The notes beneath the pieces are model-generated. The model was given only the letters and a program-made list of their open reading frames with translations, ran no database searches and had not been told where the DNA came from. A DNA stretch of 32,000 nucleotides. Origin: Candidatus Iainarchaeum sp. GTDB taxonomy: Archaea; Iainarchaeota; Iainarchaeia; Iainarchaeales; CSSED10-239. The translations under genes were made by a program, and so were the position numbers. The stretch covers positions 276,418 to 308,417 of the forward strand of contig JBBISB010000001.1 in assembly GCA_037441475.1 (NCBI GenBank). The letters run 5' to 3'. Positions 24,370 through 32,000 of the stretch are shown piece after piece (the first letter of the stretch is position 1; each line of letters starts with the position of its first letter).

Positions 24370-25068
24370 TTATTCTTCTTTCTTTTCAGGTAAAGTTTTA
24401 AGTTTACTTAAGTTATGTAAAGCATCAATAGTTGCTTTAACAAAGTTTAATTTTGTGTCAGTTGCTCCTCTTGTCTTAGACCATACGTTTGTTATACCTG
24501 CAAGTTCTAAAACTGGTTTAATAGAGTCACTTACCGCAAGACCAACACCTTTAGGTGCAGGTAAAAGTTCAACTCTTAATGAAGCACATTTTCCAATAAT
24601 TCTGTAAGGTACAGAGTTATCATCATAAGTGTTACTTTCCCAACTACCAGATCCTCTCTTAACAATAATCATATTAAGTTTAGCTTTCTGTATAGCTTTT
24701 TCTTGAGCATTAAATCTTTCAATATCTTTTGCAGAGGCAATACCGATATGTCCGTTTGAATCTCCAACAATTGCAGTTACTCTAAAAGAAAAATGCCTAC
24801 CTGCTCTTGTAACTCTAGTTGTCTTCTTAACATCTACAACCTTGTGTTTAAGGTTTGGCATTAAACAATCAACTATTTGAGGCTCCATTATTTTTCCGTG
24901 TTTTAAAGCATCCTTTAAAGAATTAATTTCTCCAGCTTTAACTTTTCTACCTAAGTTTGTCTTTGGAGTCCATAAGTCTTTATTGAAAACAACTTCTTGT
25001 TGTACTCTATCAGGTCTTTTTCTTTTTTGACCTGTTTTATTTTGACTATCAGTTTTTTCTATTGGCAT
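24370..25068 (-). CDS. rps5: 30S ribosomal protein S5 (uS5)
   Basis: 232 aa. VTRAGRHFSFRVTAIVGDSNGHIGIA and GVGLAVSDSIKPVLELAGI. ATGTGAT lies 5 nt upstream. Confidence 0.93.
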   Translation of the reverse strand: MPIEKTDSQNKTGQKRKRPDRVQQEVVFNKDLWTPKTNLGRKVKAGEINSLKDALKHGKIMEPQIVDCLMPNLKHKVVDVKKTTRVTRAGRHFSFRVTAIVGDSNGHIGIASAKDIERFNAQEKAIQKAKLNMIIVKRGSGSWESNTYDDNSVPYRIIGKCASLRVELLPAPKGVGLAVSDSIKPVLELAGITNVWSKTRGATDTKLNFVKATIDALHNLSKLKTLPEKKEE

Positions 25069-25090
25069 AAAATATCACATCATTTCAAAA

Positions 25091-25606
25091 TTACTTTTTA
25101 GAAAGTATTTTTGTTTTAACCTCTAAAAAATCTTTACTTAAATTGTTCTTTAAATGAGCATCTACATGCTTGCCCTCTATTCTATCTTTGTCAGGGAAAG
25201 CCTTAGGATCGTGAGGACACTCAATACCAGCATCAACAATGCCTTTTAAAGCTGCATAGATTCTGTTCTTTGATTTATAATTTTTAACACCAGTATCAAA
25301 AATAACTTTTTTAATACCTTTTTCTTTAGCAACAACTCCTGTTAAAAGACCAGTTAAGTATATTGCAGCTGTGTTTTTAAGAGAGTGTTTCCACCCAAAA
25401 TCTTTAAGTTTGTTTGATGTTACAAAAACTAAGGATAAATCTCCTTCCATCTTATAATCTATGATTTGTCCTCTTACTAAATTATTAGATAATCTAACAA
25501 CAAATCTTTTTTCATCAGATTTTAAGAATTTAAGTCTTTTATTATAATCTGTTTTTTGTTCTCTCTTTCTTCTAAAAGGAACATTATATGTAGGACCTAT
25601 TTTCAT
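25091..25606 (-). CDS. rpl18: 50S ribosomal protein L18 (uL18)
   Basis: 171 aa. PFRRKREQKTDYNKRLKFL...RLSNN is the archaeal uL18 N-terminus. ATGA overlap with L19e. Confidence 0.92.
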   Translation of the reverse strand: MKIGPTYNVPFRRKREQKTDYNKRLKFLKSDEKRFVVRLSNNLVRGQIIDYKMEGDLSLVFVTSNKLKDFGWKHSLKNTAAIYLTGLLTGVVAKEKGIKKVIFDTGVKNYKSKNRIYAALKGIVDAGIECPHDPKAFPDKDRIEGKHVDAHLKNNLSKDFLEVKTKILSKK

Positions 25607-26052
25607 TTATTTTCACCATTAATATATTCTTCTAGATGTTTCTTTCCTCTAAAATAATTTCCTTTAATCTTAAGGTATAAGCTATTATAACTTCTTTTGT
25701 TTAATTTATCTTCAGCCTTTAATTCTCTTAATCTTTTTCTTAAAGCTCTAACCTTTAAATTATATTCATTAGTTGTTTTTCTAGCATTCTTGGTACCTTT
25801 TCTTTTACCAGGACCTCTTTTTCTTTTAAGTTTCTTTTTTTCAAGTAAAGTTCTAGCTCTTCCTCTTGATTGTCCGGTGTTTGATTTTTTAACAGTTAAA
25901 CCTTCAACAATTATTTTTCTAACATCATCTTTAGTTATAGCATCAGAAACCATCTTCTTATTAGCTTCTAATTTTTCTACATTTAAAGTGATTTTATGCT
26001 TACTTTTTTTAAGTATTTTACCAGCTACTGCTTTTAATTTATTTAATTTCAT
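25603..26052 (-). CDS. rpl19e: 50S ribosomal protein L19e (eL19)
   Basis: 149 aa. QSRGRARTLLEKKKLKRKRGPGKRKGTKNAR is the eL19 basic core. Confidence 0.92.
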   Translation of the reverse strand: MKLNKLKAVAGKILKKSKHKITLNVEKLEANKKMVSDAITKDDVRKIIVEGLTVKKSNTGQSRGRARTLLEKKKLKRKRGPGKRKGTKNARKTTNEYNLKVRALRKRLRELKAEDKLNKRSYNSLYLKIKGNYFRGKKHLEEYINGENK

Positions 26053-26064
26053 AAAGCTTCACAT

Positions 26065-26412
26065 TTAATTTAAAACCTTTAACTTCTTTTCTTTTGCAAG
26101 TGCAGTAAGTTCTATTTTTTTCTTTTCTCCAAGTCTTTTACTAAACCTTACAGCAACTTTTTCTTCTGCAATATTTAATAAATCTGTTTTTGAAGAAACT
26201 AAAACTTCTTTTAAGCTTGAAGGATGCATTCCTTTTTTATCTTTCTTGTGACCATAACCTATTTTTGGCATAGGGCCTCTTACACTAGAAAGGGATCTAT
26301 CAATACCTCTTGGAAATCTCCAAGCTTGTACATCTCTTCTTTTCTTTTTTCTTCTTGTAGTTAAGCCGTAATGGGCTCTAAAGTTTGGTGTATAGTTACT
26401 CATAATAATCAT
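26065..26412 (-). CDS. rpl32e: 50S ribosomal protein L32e (eL32)
   Basis: 115 aa. AWRFPRGIDRS matches the eL32 WRKPRGIDSK block. An alternative ATG at 26403 is equally plausible. Confidence 0.9.
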   Translation of the reverse strand: MIIMSNYTPNFRAHYGLTTRRKKKRRDVQAWRFPRGIDRSLSSVRGPMPKIGYGHKKDKKGMHPSSLKEVLVSSKTDLLNIAEEKVAVRFSKRLGEKKKIELTALAKEKKLKVLN

Positions 26413-26423
26413 TCATTTAAAAG

Positions 26424-27005
26424 TTATTTTGCTTTTTCAACTATATATATACCATCATCAAAAACTCTGTAATCTTTTTTCTTAAGTCTTGCGATTGATT
26501 CTATATTTCCTGCTACTTGACCTACTTTTTGTTTATCAATTCCTGAAAGAACTACTTCCTTTCCAGAAACATCAATTTTAACGCCTTCAACAATATTTAC
26601 AACTCTAGGTTTTTTCTCACCATAAAAGTTTGTAATTATAAATTTCTTACCATCAACTTTTGCAGTCATTGGAAAGTGAGAATAAACTATTTGCATTTTA
26701 CACACATATTGTTTATTAAAACCTGCAATTGCATTGTTAATTATCTTTTTTAAAGTATTTGATACAGAAACATATTTTTTCTTTTTATTATTTGGTTTTA
26801 AAATAATAGAAGAATCTTTATCCTCAACAAAAACGTAAACATGATTGTAAGGCACAACTTGCTTAATAGAACCCTTTTCAAGAACAATTTCATGAAGATC
26901 TATTTTTACAGTAATTCCTGATGGAATTTTAACTATATTTTCTTTAATTTCAGTTTTAACTTTTTTTTCAGTCACAAAAATCACTTTTTTAAATTTAATA
27001 AACAT
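26424..27005 (-). CDS. rpl6: 50S ribosomal protein L6 (uL6)
   Basis: Two-domain uL6 pattern (IPSGITVKID...; KMQIVYSHFPM...). The track start ATG 27005 overlaps S8 by 11 nt. GTG at 26975, preceded by AAGTGATTTT, is a plausible true start. Confidence 0.9.
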   Translation of the reverse strand: MFIKFKKVIFVTEKKVKTEIKENIVKIPSGITVKIDLHEIVLEKGSIKQVVPYNHVYVFVEDKDSSIILKPNNKKKKYVSVSNTLKKIINNAIAGFNKQYVCKMQIVYSHFPMTAKVDGKKFIITNFYGEKKPRVVNIVEGVKIDVSGKEVVLSGIDKQKVGQVAGNIESIARLKKKDYRVFDDGIYIVEKAK

Positions 27006-27384
27006 ATGCTACTAATCTTCCACCAAGACCTTTTTGCTTTGCAAGCTTGTGGGTCATTAAACCACTTGTTGTGCTTACAATAAATATACCAACCTCTCTT
27101 GAGATTAAAAAAGATTTTTCAAACTTTTCATACTCATCGTGTTTTACAGCAAATCTTGGTTTTATAGCCTTACACTTATTTATTCTACCGTCCAAATATA
27201 CAACAACCTTCTTATGTGGGGCCTTATCAACAATTTTAAAATTACTGATATAGCTCTCGTTTTTTAGCACTGTCAAGATATTTTCAAGTAACTTAGAATG
27301 GCTAAGTGTACATATCTTTTTTGCTACATTTTCTGCGTTGTTTATATTATTCAAAGCATTTGAAATTGGATCGTTCAAACTCAT
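26995..27384 (-). CDS. rps8: 30S ribosomal protein S8 (uS8)
   Basis: 129 aa. N-terminal LNDPISNALNNINNAE and C-terminal GLGGRLVAYVY. Confidence 0.93.
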   Translation of the reverse strand: MSLNDPISNALNNINNAENVAKKICTLSHSKLLENILTVLKNESYISNFKIVDKAPHKKVVVYLDGRINKCKAIKPRFAVKHDEYEKFEKSFLISREVGIFIVSTTSGLMTHKLAKQKGLGGRLVAYVY

Positions 27385-27410
27385 TTATTTCACCTAAATG
27401 CACTAAAATT

Positions 27411-27602
27411 TTAATCGTATTTTTTAAACCCTAACTCTAAAGCAAGGTTATTAAAGCATCTTCTACAAATCCTAAGATTGTATTTGTTTATAACTCCTCT
27501 GTGAGTGCCACAGAATCTACATGCTTTCGATCTTTGATATTCTTTACTAGTTTTACTAACTTTTGGTAAAACTTTTTTGTCTCTTTTTTCATTTGTAGTC
27601 AT
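27411..27602 (-). CDS. rps14: 30S ribosomal protein S14, type Z (uS14, zinc-binding)
   Basis: 63 aa. CRFCG...RICRRCF with a GFKKYD ending. ATGA overlap with L5. Confidence 0.92.
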   Translation of the reverse strand: MTTNEKRDKKVLPKVSKTSKEYQRSKACRFCGTHRGVINKYNLRICRRCFNNLALELGFKKYD

Positions 27603-28123
27603 TCAACCACTACCTTTAATTTTTCTTGAGCATATTTAATTGCATCATCTTTAGATATCTTATGATTTTTTCCTACTTTTGAAACATCGTGTTTTCTTTG
27701 TTTTACTCTATAACCTTTTCTTCTAAGCGAAACACATACATCAAAACCTTTAATTCCAAGTTCAGGATCATATTTAATTCCAGGAACATCTAAGTATTCA
27801 TGTATACCGTAGGAAAAATTACCATCTTTTGAAAAAGATCTTTTCTTTATAATATTTCTTTTAGCTTTTAAAGTTAGTTCAATAAAGTCTAAAGCTTCTT
27901 GTCCTCTAAGAGTAGTTTTACAACCAATTGGTATTCCTGGTCTTATTCCCCATGTAGGAAGTTTAACTTTACACATTGTTTTAACTGCTGGTTTATTTGT
28001 TAAAAGTTTAATTATCTTTATTGCTTTTTCAAGCTCAGGGCCGCCTTCTCCAACACCTATGTTTACTACAACCTTTTCAACAAAGACATCTTTCATAATA
28101 TTTGGTTTTGTTTCATTTGACAT
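27599..28123 (-). CDS. rpl5: 50S ribosomal protein L5 (uL5)
   Basis: 174 aa. NIGVGEGG and FSYGIHEYLDVPGIKYDPELGIKGFDV. ATGTGAT lies 5 nt upstream. Confidence 0.93.
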   Translation of the reverse strand: MSNETKPNIMKDVFVEKVVVNIGVGEGGPELEKAIKIIKLLTNKPAVKTMCKVKLPTWGIRPGIPIGCKTTLRGQEALDFIELTLKAKRNIIKKRSFSKDGNFSYGIHEYLDVPGIKYDPELGIKGFDVCVSLRRKGYRVKQRKHDVSKVGKNHKISKDDAIKYAQEKLKVVVE

Positions 28124-28135
28124 AAAATATCACAT

Positions 28136-28825
28136 TCAATTAATAACTATTATATTTTTTTCAACAGTTTCAAAGTCAATACCGCTTGCTTTTAATTTTA
28201 TTAAAGATGGTCTTTTCATAGTCCCTTCTTTAATGTCTTCAACTTTACCTTTCTGGCCAGTGTGTTTTCCTGCAAGAACAAAAACATCTCTTCCTTTTTC
28301 AAGTGGAAAATATTCTTTTATTGTGTTTTCTAAAAGATCAAGTTTTATTGAAGCACCAACTTTGTATGCTTGGTTTGCTGTTAAAAGTACTCTTCCATCG
28401 TTTGTTGAAAGTTGTACTTGTCCGTTTTTAATTATTTTTTTTGATTTTATTTTACAAATCTTAAAGTTTGCTTTTGCTTTATCAATTTCTTCTAAAACAT
28501 AAGCGCCGTTTGTAGCGTAAACTAAGACATAGTATTTTTCAAGTTTAGGTATTTCTATAACATCAAATAAACCAACTGGAAGGTTATACTTTCTTACAAG
28601 TTTTTTATCTACAAATATCTCTTTACTATTAATTATAAATTTAACTTCTTTTGTATTATCACAAACATTAAGTAAGTGTTTTAAAACAAAACCTATTGAA
28701 AGAGAGGTTGTCTTACTGTGTTTTCCAGGTTTAGGGTTGTAAATAAATCTTTTTGTTTTTGTAATACCACTTATTGAAGTTGCATTATTTATTTTTAATA
28801 CTTTATTTTCGCCTTTACTTGCCAT
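28136..28825 (-). CDS. rps4e: 30S ribosomal protein S4e (eS4)
   Basis: 229 aa in the canonical slot between L24 and L5. It has an S4-like N-terminal region and a KOW-like GKHTGQKGKV. Confidence 0.9.
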   Translation of the reverse strand: MASKGENKVLKINNATSISGITKTKRFIYNPKPGKHSKTTSLSIGFVLKHLLNVCDNTKEVKFIINSKEIFVDKKLVRKYNLPVGLFDVIEIPKLEKYYVLVYATNGAYVLEEIDKAKANFKICKIKSKKIIKNGQVQLSTNDGRVLLTANQAYKVGASIKLDLLENTIKEYFPLEKGRDVFVLAGKHTGQKGKVEDIKEGTMKRPSLIKLKASGIDFETVEKNIIVIN

Positions 28826-29200
28826 CTAATCCACCTTTTTTGGTGTTTTCTTTTTTTTCATTCTTCTTAAATCAGTTAAAACTAAATCTGTTATTAAAAG
28901 ATTTGAAGCTACAAGAGGACTCATTTTTTCTTGAGCTCTTGCATTTTTATATTTAATATCATTTACAAAAACTCTTGATTTAGAGTAATCTACTTTCTCA
29001 ATTTTACCAGTTTTACCCTTATTATCTCCAACCATAATTTTAACAGTATCTCCTTTTCTTACAGAGATTCTTTTAATATCATGTTTTTTTTGCAAAGGTT
29101 TATCAACAGGGCACACAAGTAATTTTCTTTTTGTGTGAAGTTTACCTTTATAGATTTTTAATCTTTGCTTACCAGGATTTTTTATTACATTTTTGTTCAT
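28826..29200 (-). CDS. rpl24: 50S ribosomal protein L24 (uL24)
   Basis: 124 aa. KOW motif VRKGDTVKIMVGDNKGKTGKI. The stop abuts the S4e ATG (TAGATG). Confidence 0.92.
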   Translation of the reverse strand: MNKNVIKNPGKQRLKIYKGKLHTKRKLLVCPVDKPLQKKHDIKRISVRKGDTVKIMVGDNKGKTGKIEKVDYSKSRVFVNDIKYKNARAQEKMSPLVASNLLITDLVLTDLRRMKKKKTPKKVD

Positions 29201-29230
29201 TTAAAATCATACTTTTAATTTTTATATTAT

Positions 29231-29629
29231 CTATATTACACTTGATGCAAGACCTGCAATTTTTGGAAATCTTTCACCAACTTCTTTTGCAACACAGCCT
29301 TTTACTTCAGATGACTTAGGAAAGCCCTTAATATCTGTTAAAACAACTGCATTATCTTCAAAACATATTCTTAAACCATTATATCTTCTGTATTCTTTTT
29401 TAACTCTTACAATAACTGCTTTTTCCATTTTTTTCTTTGTGTTAGGAGTACCTTTCTTAATAACAACGTTTACTAAAGAAGCTATTCCTGCCGAAGGGAA
29501 TTGTCTTTTTCTTCCTTTAAAGTTATATACAGAGATAATTTCAACTATCTTTGCACCACTGTTATCAGCACAGTTACATCTTGAGCCAACTATTAAACTT
29601 CTTACTAGACGTGCGCTTACTTGTTTCAT
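29231..29629 (-). CDS. rpl14: 50S ribosomal protein L14 (uL14)
   Basis: 132 aa. NCADNSGAKIVEIISV and the remaining uL14 pattern. ATGA overlap with S17. Confidence 0.94.
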   Translation of the reverse strand: MKQVSARLVRSLIVGSRCNCADNSGAKIVEIISVYNFKGRKRQFPSAGIASLVNVVIKKGTPNTKKKMEKAVIVRVKKEYRRYNGLRICFEDNAVVLTDIKGFPKSSEVKGCVAKEVGERFPKIAGLASSVI

Positions 29630-29910
29630 TTAATATCACTCTCTTTTGCTGAGTCAACTTTTTTAATAACTATTAAAGATTTAGTTTTACTTATCTTTCT
29701 TGTTTCTCCACATAAAACAACATCACCAACAGATATTGTTATTTCATCAGGAACATGAACAGCGTATCTACTCCTGTTAACTAAATATCTTTCATACTTA
29801 GGAATGTACTTTGTAGTTTTAACTTCGATTTGAGCTGTTTTTTTAGCTTTCATCTTAATTACTTTTCCTTCAATTAGTTTTCCTCTAACACTTAATTTAT
29901 TTTCAGGCAT
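29626..29910 (-). CDS. rps17: 30S ribosomal protein S17 (uS17)
   Basis: 94 aa. OB-fold pattern (GKVIKMKAKKTAQIEV...KYERYLVNRSRYAVHVP...GDVVLCGETRKISKTK). Confidence 0.92.
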   Translation of the reverse strand: MPENKLSVRGKLIEGKVIKMKAKKTAQIEVKTTKYIPKYERYLVNRSRYAVHVPDEITISVGDVVLCGETRKISKTKSLIVIKKVDSAKESDIK

Positions 29911-29916
29911 ATTAAA

Positions 29917-30108
29917 TCACAAAACTTCTTTAATTTTTAAGATTTCATTTTTTTTTATTTTAATTATTCTTTTTTCTTTTGTTTTTAAAACAATGATGTT
30001 TTTTGTTTCAAATATTATAAGGCCGGAAAGATTTACTTTATTTTTATCAGATGAATTTTCAATAAAAATTTCTTTTCCAATCATTTCAATATTTTTTAAA
30101 TTAACCAT
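29917..30108 (-). CDS. rnp1: RNase P protein component 1 (Rpp29/Pop4 homolog), minimal 63-aa form
   Basis: It occupies the conserved slot between SUI1/L29 and S17. The Sm-like core pattern is IGKEIFIENSSDKNKVNLSGLIIFETKNIIVLKT...KIKKNE. ATG at 30108 overlaps the SUI1 3' end by 8 nt. Confidence 0.65.
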   Translation of the reverse strand: MVNLKNIEMIGKEIFIENSSDKNKVNLSGLIIFETKNIIVLKTKEKRIIKIKKNEILKIKEVL

Positions 30109-30403
30109 CAATCAATTCCCCTTGGTAACCTTTCTCAATCAATAATTGTTTTACTTTATCTTTTTGATTACCTTGGATTTCAACAACTTTATCTTTAACT
30201 GTTCCACCACAAGCAAGTTTTTTCTTTAAAAATTTTTCAACATCCTTTGCTTCAGCAACTGTTTCAAATCCAGATACTTTTGTTGCATATTTTTTAAATT
30301 TTTTTCTCTCTAAGGTAACTTTAATTTGTTGGGATTCTTTTGAAATCTCGTTTAAATCAAAAATATCTTTTGAAAGATGACTTACAGAACTAATGTCCTT
30401 CAT
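30101..30403 (-). CDS. sui1: translation initiation factor aIF1 (SUI1)
   Basis: 100 aa. KVTLERKKFKKYATKVSGFE...LKKKLACGGTVKDKVVEIQGNQKDKVKQLLIEKGY is the SUI1 fold signature. Confidence 0.9.
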   Translation of the reverse strand: MKDISSVSHLSKDIFDLNEISKESQQIKVTLERKKFKKYATKVSGFETVAEAKDVEKFLKKKLACGGTVKDKVVEIQGNQKDKVKQLLIEKGYQGELIDG

Positions 30404-30405
30404 AA

Positions 30406-30633
30406 TTAAACATTACTCTCCACTTTTTTTTTAATATCTTTATTAATAATTTCATTCTTCTTTGTAAAATGTCTTGCGATGTCTTTTTTAATTTGTTTTT
30501 TCTTTGAAGTATTATTGGATTTTGTTTTTGATGCAAGTAAACCTTTAAAGTTCGCAAGCTCAAGTTTTAATTTACCTATCTTTTCTTCAATTTCAGAAAC
30601 ATTATTTAAAGTAACATTTTTCTTTTTAACCAT
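30406..30633 (-). CDS. rpl29: 50S ribosomal protein L29 (uL29)
   Basis: 75 aa, helical, with KIGKLKLELANFKG. Its slot is between S3 and SUI1. ATGTGAT lies 6 nt upstream. Confidence 0.85.
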   Translation of the reverse strand: MVKKKNVTLNNVSEIEEKIGKLKLELANFKGLLASKTKSNNTSKKKQIKKDIARHFTKKNEIINKDIKKKVESNV

Positions 30634-30656
30634 ATGAAAATCACATTCATTTAATC

Positions 30657-31508
30657 TTAAGCGTCAGTAGATTTCTCTACTTTCTCTTTAACTTCTTTTT
30701 TAACAGTTGCTTTTTTTGGAGCTGTTTCTTTTACTTTCTTAGTTTCCTTAGAAGGTTTTTCTTTAACAGCGGCTTCTTTAGTAGCAGCTTCTTTAACAAC
30801 TACTTTCTTTTCAGACTCAGTTTTTTCAAAAGCTTTCTTTTCAGCATCTTTCTTAACAATTGATTGTCTTTCTACAAGTTCTTCTTCTTGTATTTCCATC
30901 TTATATCTCTTAGATAACTCTAAAACATCTATCTTATCAGAAAATACAATATCAGGTTTTACTATTCTTAAAGTTATACCAATAGTTCCAAGACCAGGGA
31001 AGGTAGTTTTTTTTTCAATAGCAACTAATGATTTTTGATCTCCAGCTTTCTTCATATAACCAAAGAAGAATCTAGATTTTCTTTTTCTCTGTCCTTTTCC
31101 AGAGGTATTTCCTTTTGCAATTATTTCAGCACCAATAGCACCAGCTTCTTTAATTTGTTTTAAGGCATTATAAACAACACTTTTCCAAGGAGTACCTTTT
31201 CCAATATTTGAAAAAATATTTTCCATGATTACTTTAGGATCTAAATTTTTATTTGGAATCTCTCCAATCTCAATATGTACCTTTGTAAGATCAAACTTTG
31301 TTTCAAGTTCGTCTGTCAAAGATCTAATATTTGATCCTTTCTTTCCAATTATGAAACCTGGTTTTAAAGCATAAATAACAATTCTGGTATTAAAAACTGA
31401 TTTAATAACATCAACATCTATGTAACCTGCACTTGCAAGTTTCTTTTTTAAGAAATTTGATATTGCTATCTTCTTTAATTTATCTTTAACAAAATAATTT
31501 TCCTTCAT
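30657..31508 (-). CDS. rps3: 30S ribosomal protein S3 (uS3) with a ~70-aa K/E/A-rich C-terminal tail
   Basis: 283 aa. KH domain IIGKKGSNIRSLTDEL followed by the uS3 C-domain, then the tail KKDAEKKAFEKTESEKKVVVKEAATKEAAVKEKPSKETKKVKETAPKKATVKKEVKEKVEKSTDA. Confidence 0.93.
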   Translation of the reverse strand: MKENYFVKDKLKKIAISNFLKKKLASAGYIDVDVIKSVFNTRIVIYALKPGFIIGKKGSNIRSLTDELETKFDLTKVHIEIGEIPNKNLDPKVIMENIFSNIGKGTPWKSVVYNALKQIKEAGAIGAEIIAKGNTSGKGQRKRKSRFFFGYMKKAGDQKSLVAIEKKTTFPGLGTIGITLRIVKPDIVFSDKIDVLELSKRYKMEIQEEELVERQSIVKKDAEKKAFEKTESEKKVVVKEAATKEAAVKEKPSKETKKVKETAPKKATVKKEVKEKVEKSTDA

Positions 31509-31511
31509 ACA

Positions 31512-31982
31512 TTATTCCTCTAGAACAATTACTTCAATGTTAGTTGATTTTGATTCTCTTTGCTTACCACCAGTTCTTCCAAGTGGCTGAGTTTTTCTTC
31601 TTGTAACTCCTTTAACAGCAAACATATGTATTATCTTTAACTTATCAACATCGAGGTTTAAATTTTCTGCATTTGCTTTAACATCAAGTAAAAGAGCTCT
31701 AATAGCCTTTGATGCATTTAATGGCCATCTTCCTGAAGGAACTCCCCATTTTGCTACACCTTTTCTGTGAGCAACTTTTTTATTGTATTGTCTTAAAGGA
31801 AGATGATCTTTCTTTTCCATAATATCTTCGCAGATTCTAATTGCTTTAGATAATGGTTTATTTTTAAAGTAATTTGAAAATTCAACAGCATACTTTGTAG
31901 ATATTGGAGTGTTTTGTTTACTTGCTTTTGCAATTTTCTTTTCATTAACTTTTTTTTGAAAATTATATATTTTATCTGCCAT
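31512..31982 (-). CDS. rpl22: 50S ribosomal protein L22 (uL22)
   Basis: 156 aa. ISTKYAVEFSNYFKNKPLSKAI ... GRWPLNASKAIRALLLDVKANAE ... HMFAVKGVTRRK is the archaeal uL22 pattern, upstream of S3. Confidence 0.92.
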   Translation of the reverse strand: MADKIYNFQKKVNEKKIAKASKQNTPISTKYAVEFSNYFKNKPLSKAIRICEDIMEKKDHLPLRQYNKKVAHRKGVAKWGVPSGRWPLNASKAIRALLLDVKANAENLNLDVDKLKIIHMFAVKGVTRRKTQPLGRTGGKQRESKSTNIEVIVLEE

Positions 31983-32000
31983 AAATATTCAACCTTACTT

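Noticed and set aside
25697-26068. 123-aa plus-strand ORF, plus similar antisense ORFs at 1400-1597, 3170-3355, 3961-4200, 8964-9239, 9306-9503, 14468-14659, 14767-15078, 16489-16818, 18053-18280, 19788-19970, 23559-23813, 27047-27253, 28059-28502, 28774-28956, 29131-29319 and 29439-29633
   Set aside because: All lie antisense to confidently identified conserved genes. They translate to F/L/S-rich low-complexity strings, the mirror of Lys/Glu-rich sense frames. They have no SD-like GTGAT motif and no recognisable family.
1-32000. CRISPR arrays, C/D-box or H/ACA sRNAs, IS elements, integrases, toxin-antitoxin or defence islands
   Set aside because: No spaced direct repeats were seen. TGATGA/CTGA box pairs occur only inside coding regions. 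No transposase-, integrase- or Cas-like ORFs are present. The only PIN protein sits in the conserved aIF2-gamma/RpoE' slot typical of the Fcf1-like housekeeping PIN and has no adjacent antitoxin.
31983-32000. 3' end of the next upstream gene, expected to be S19 by canonical order
   Set aside because: Only one or two codons before a possible TAA (complement of 31995-31997) are inside the window, which is too little sequence to support a call.

Overview
The window is a visibly AT-rich archaeal chromosome segment, roughly 70% A+T by eye. Its compaction and missing housekeeping genes suggest a small-genome, DPANN-like archaeon; that is inference only. Positions 8.4-32 kb form one co-directional, minus-strand translation/transcription block. 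Reading 32 kb down to 8.4 kb, it contains the distal S10 operon (L22, S3, L29, SUI1, Rpp29, S17) and the full spc operon through SecY. Next come a DUF106 insertase-like protein, L34e and an untracked 51-aa L14e. Then the alpha operon (S13, S4, S11, RpoD, tRNA-Leu, L18e, L13, S9, RpoN, S2) and a TrmB-like regulator. The block ends with L7Ae-S28e-L24e, aIF5B, S6e, a disrupted small ORF, aIF2-gamma, a PIN protein, RpoE', Spt4, S24e and S27ae. Spacers are tiny and there are five ATGA stop/start overlaps. Positions 1-8.4 kb are the accessory part. It holds a partial SufS cysteine desulfurase, tRNA-Gln(CUG) and a HAD hydrolase. It also has a co-directional trio: a 1182-aa sequon-rich, Fn3-like, membrane-anchored surface protein, a geranylgeranyl reductase homolog, and a small membrane protein. 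A TraB/Tiki-like protein and a CPBP protease converge on a 420-nt spacer that holds a GC-rich island and a tRNA 3'-end-like fragment. I found no CRISPR array, integrase, transposase, defence or toxin-antitoxin module, so I cannot claim a clear novel multi-gene system. The best leads are: (1) a K-turn/K-loop hairpin overlapping the L7Ae Shine-Dalgarno; (2) the orphan GC-rich island, a candidate ncRNA; (3) the giant surface protein cluster; (4) a frame-disrupted 105-codon ORF between S6e and aIF2-gamma; (5) a CPBP gene whose N-terminal membrane region has no canonical start; (6) Lys/Glu-rich tails on many ribosomal and RNAP proteins. All calls rest on hand translation, motif recognition and known archaeal gene order. 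No database search was possible.
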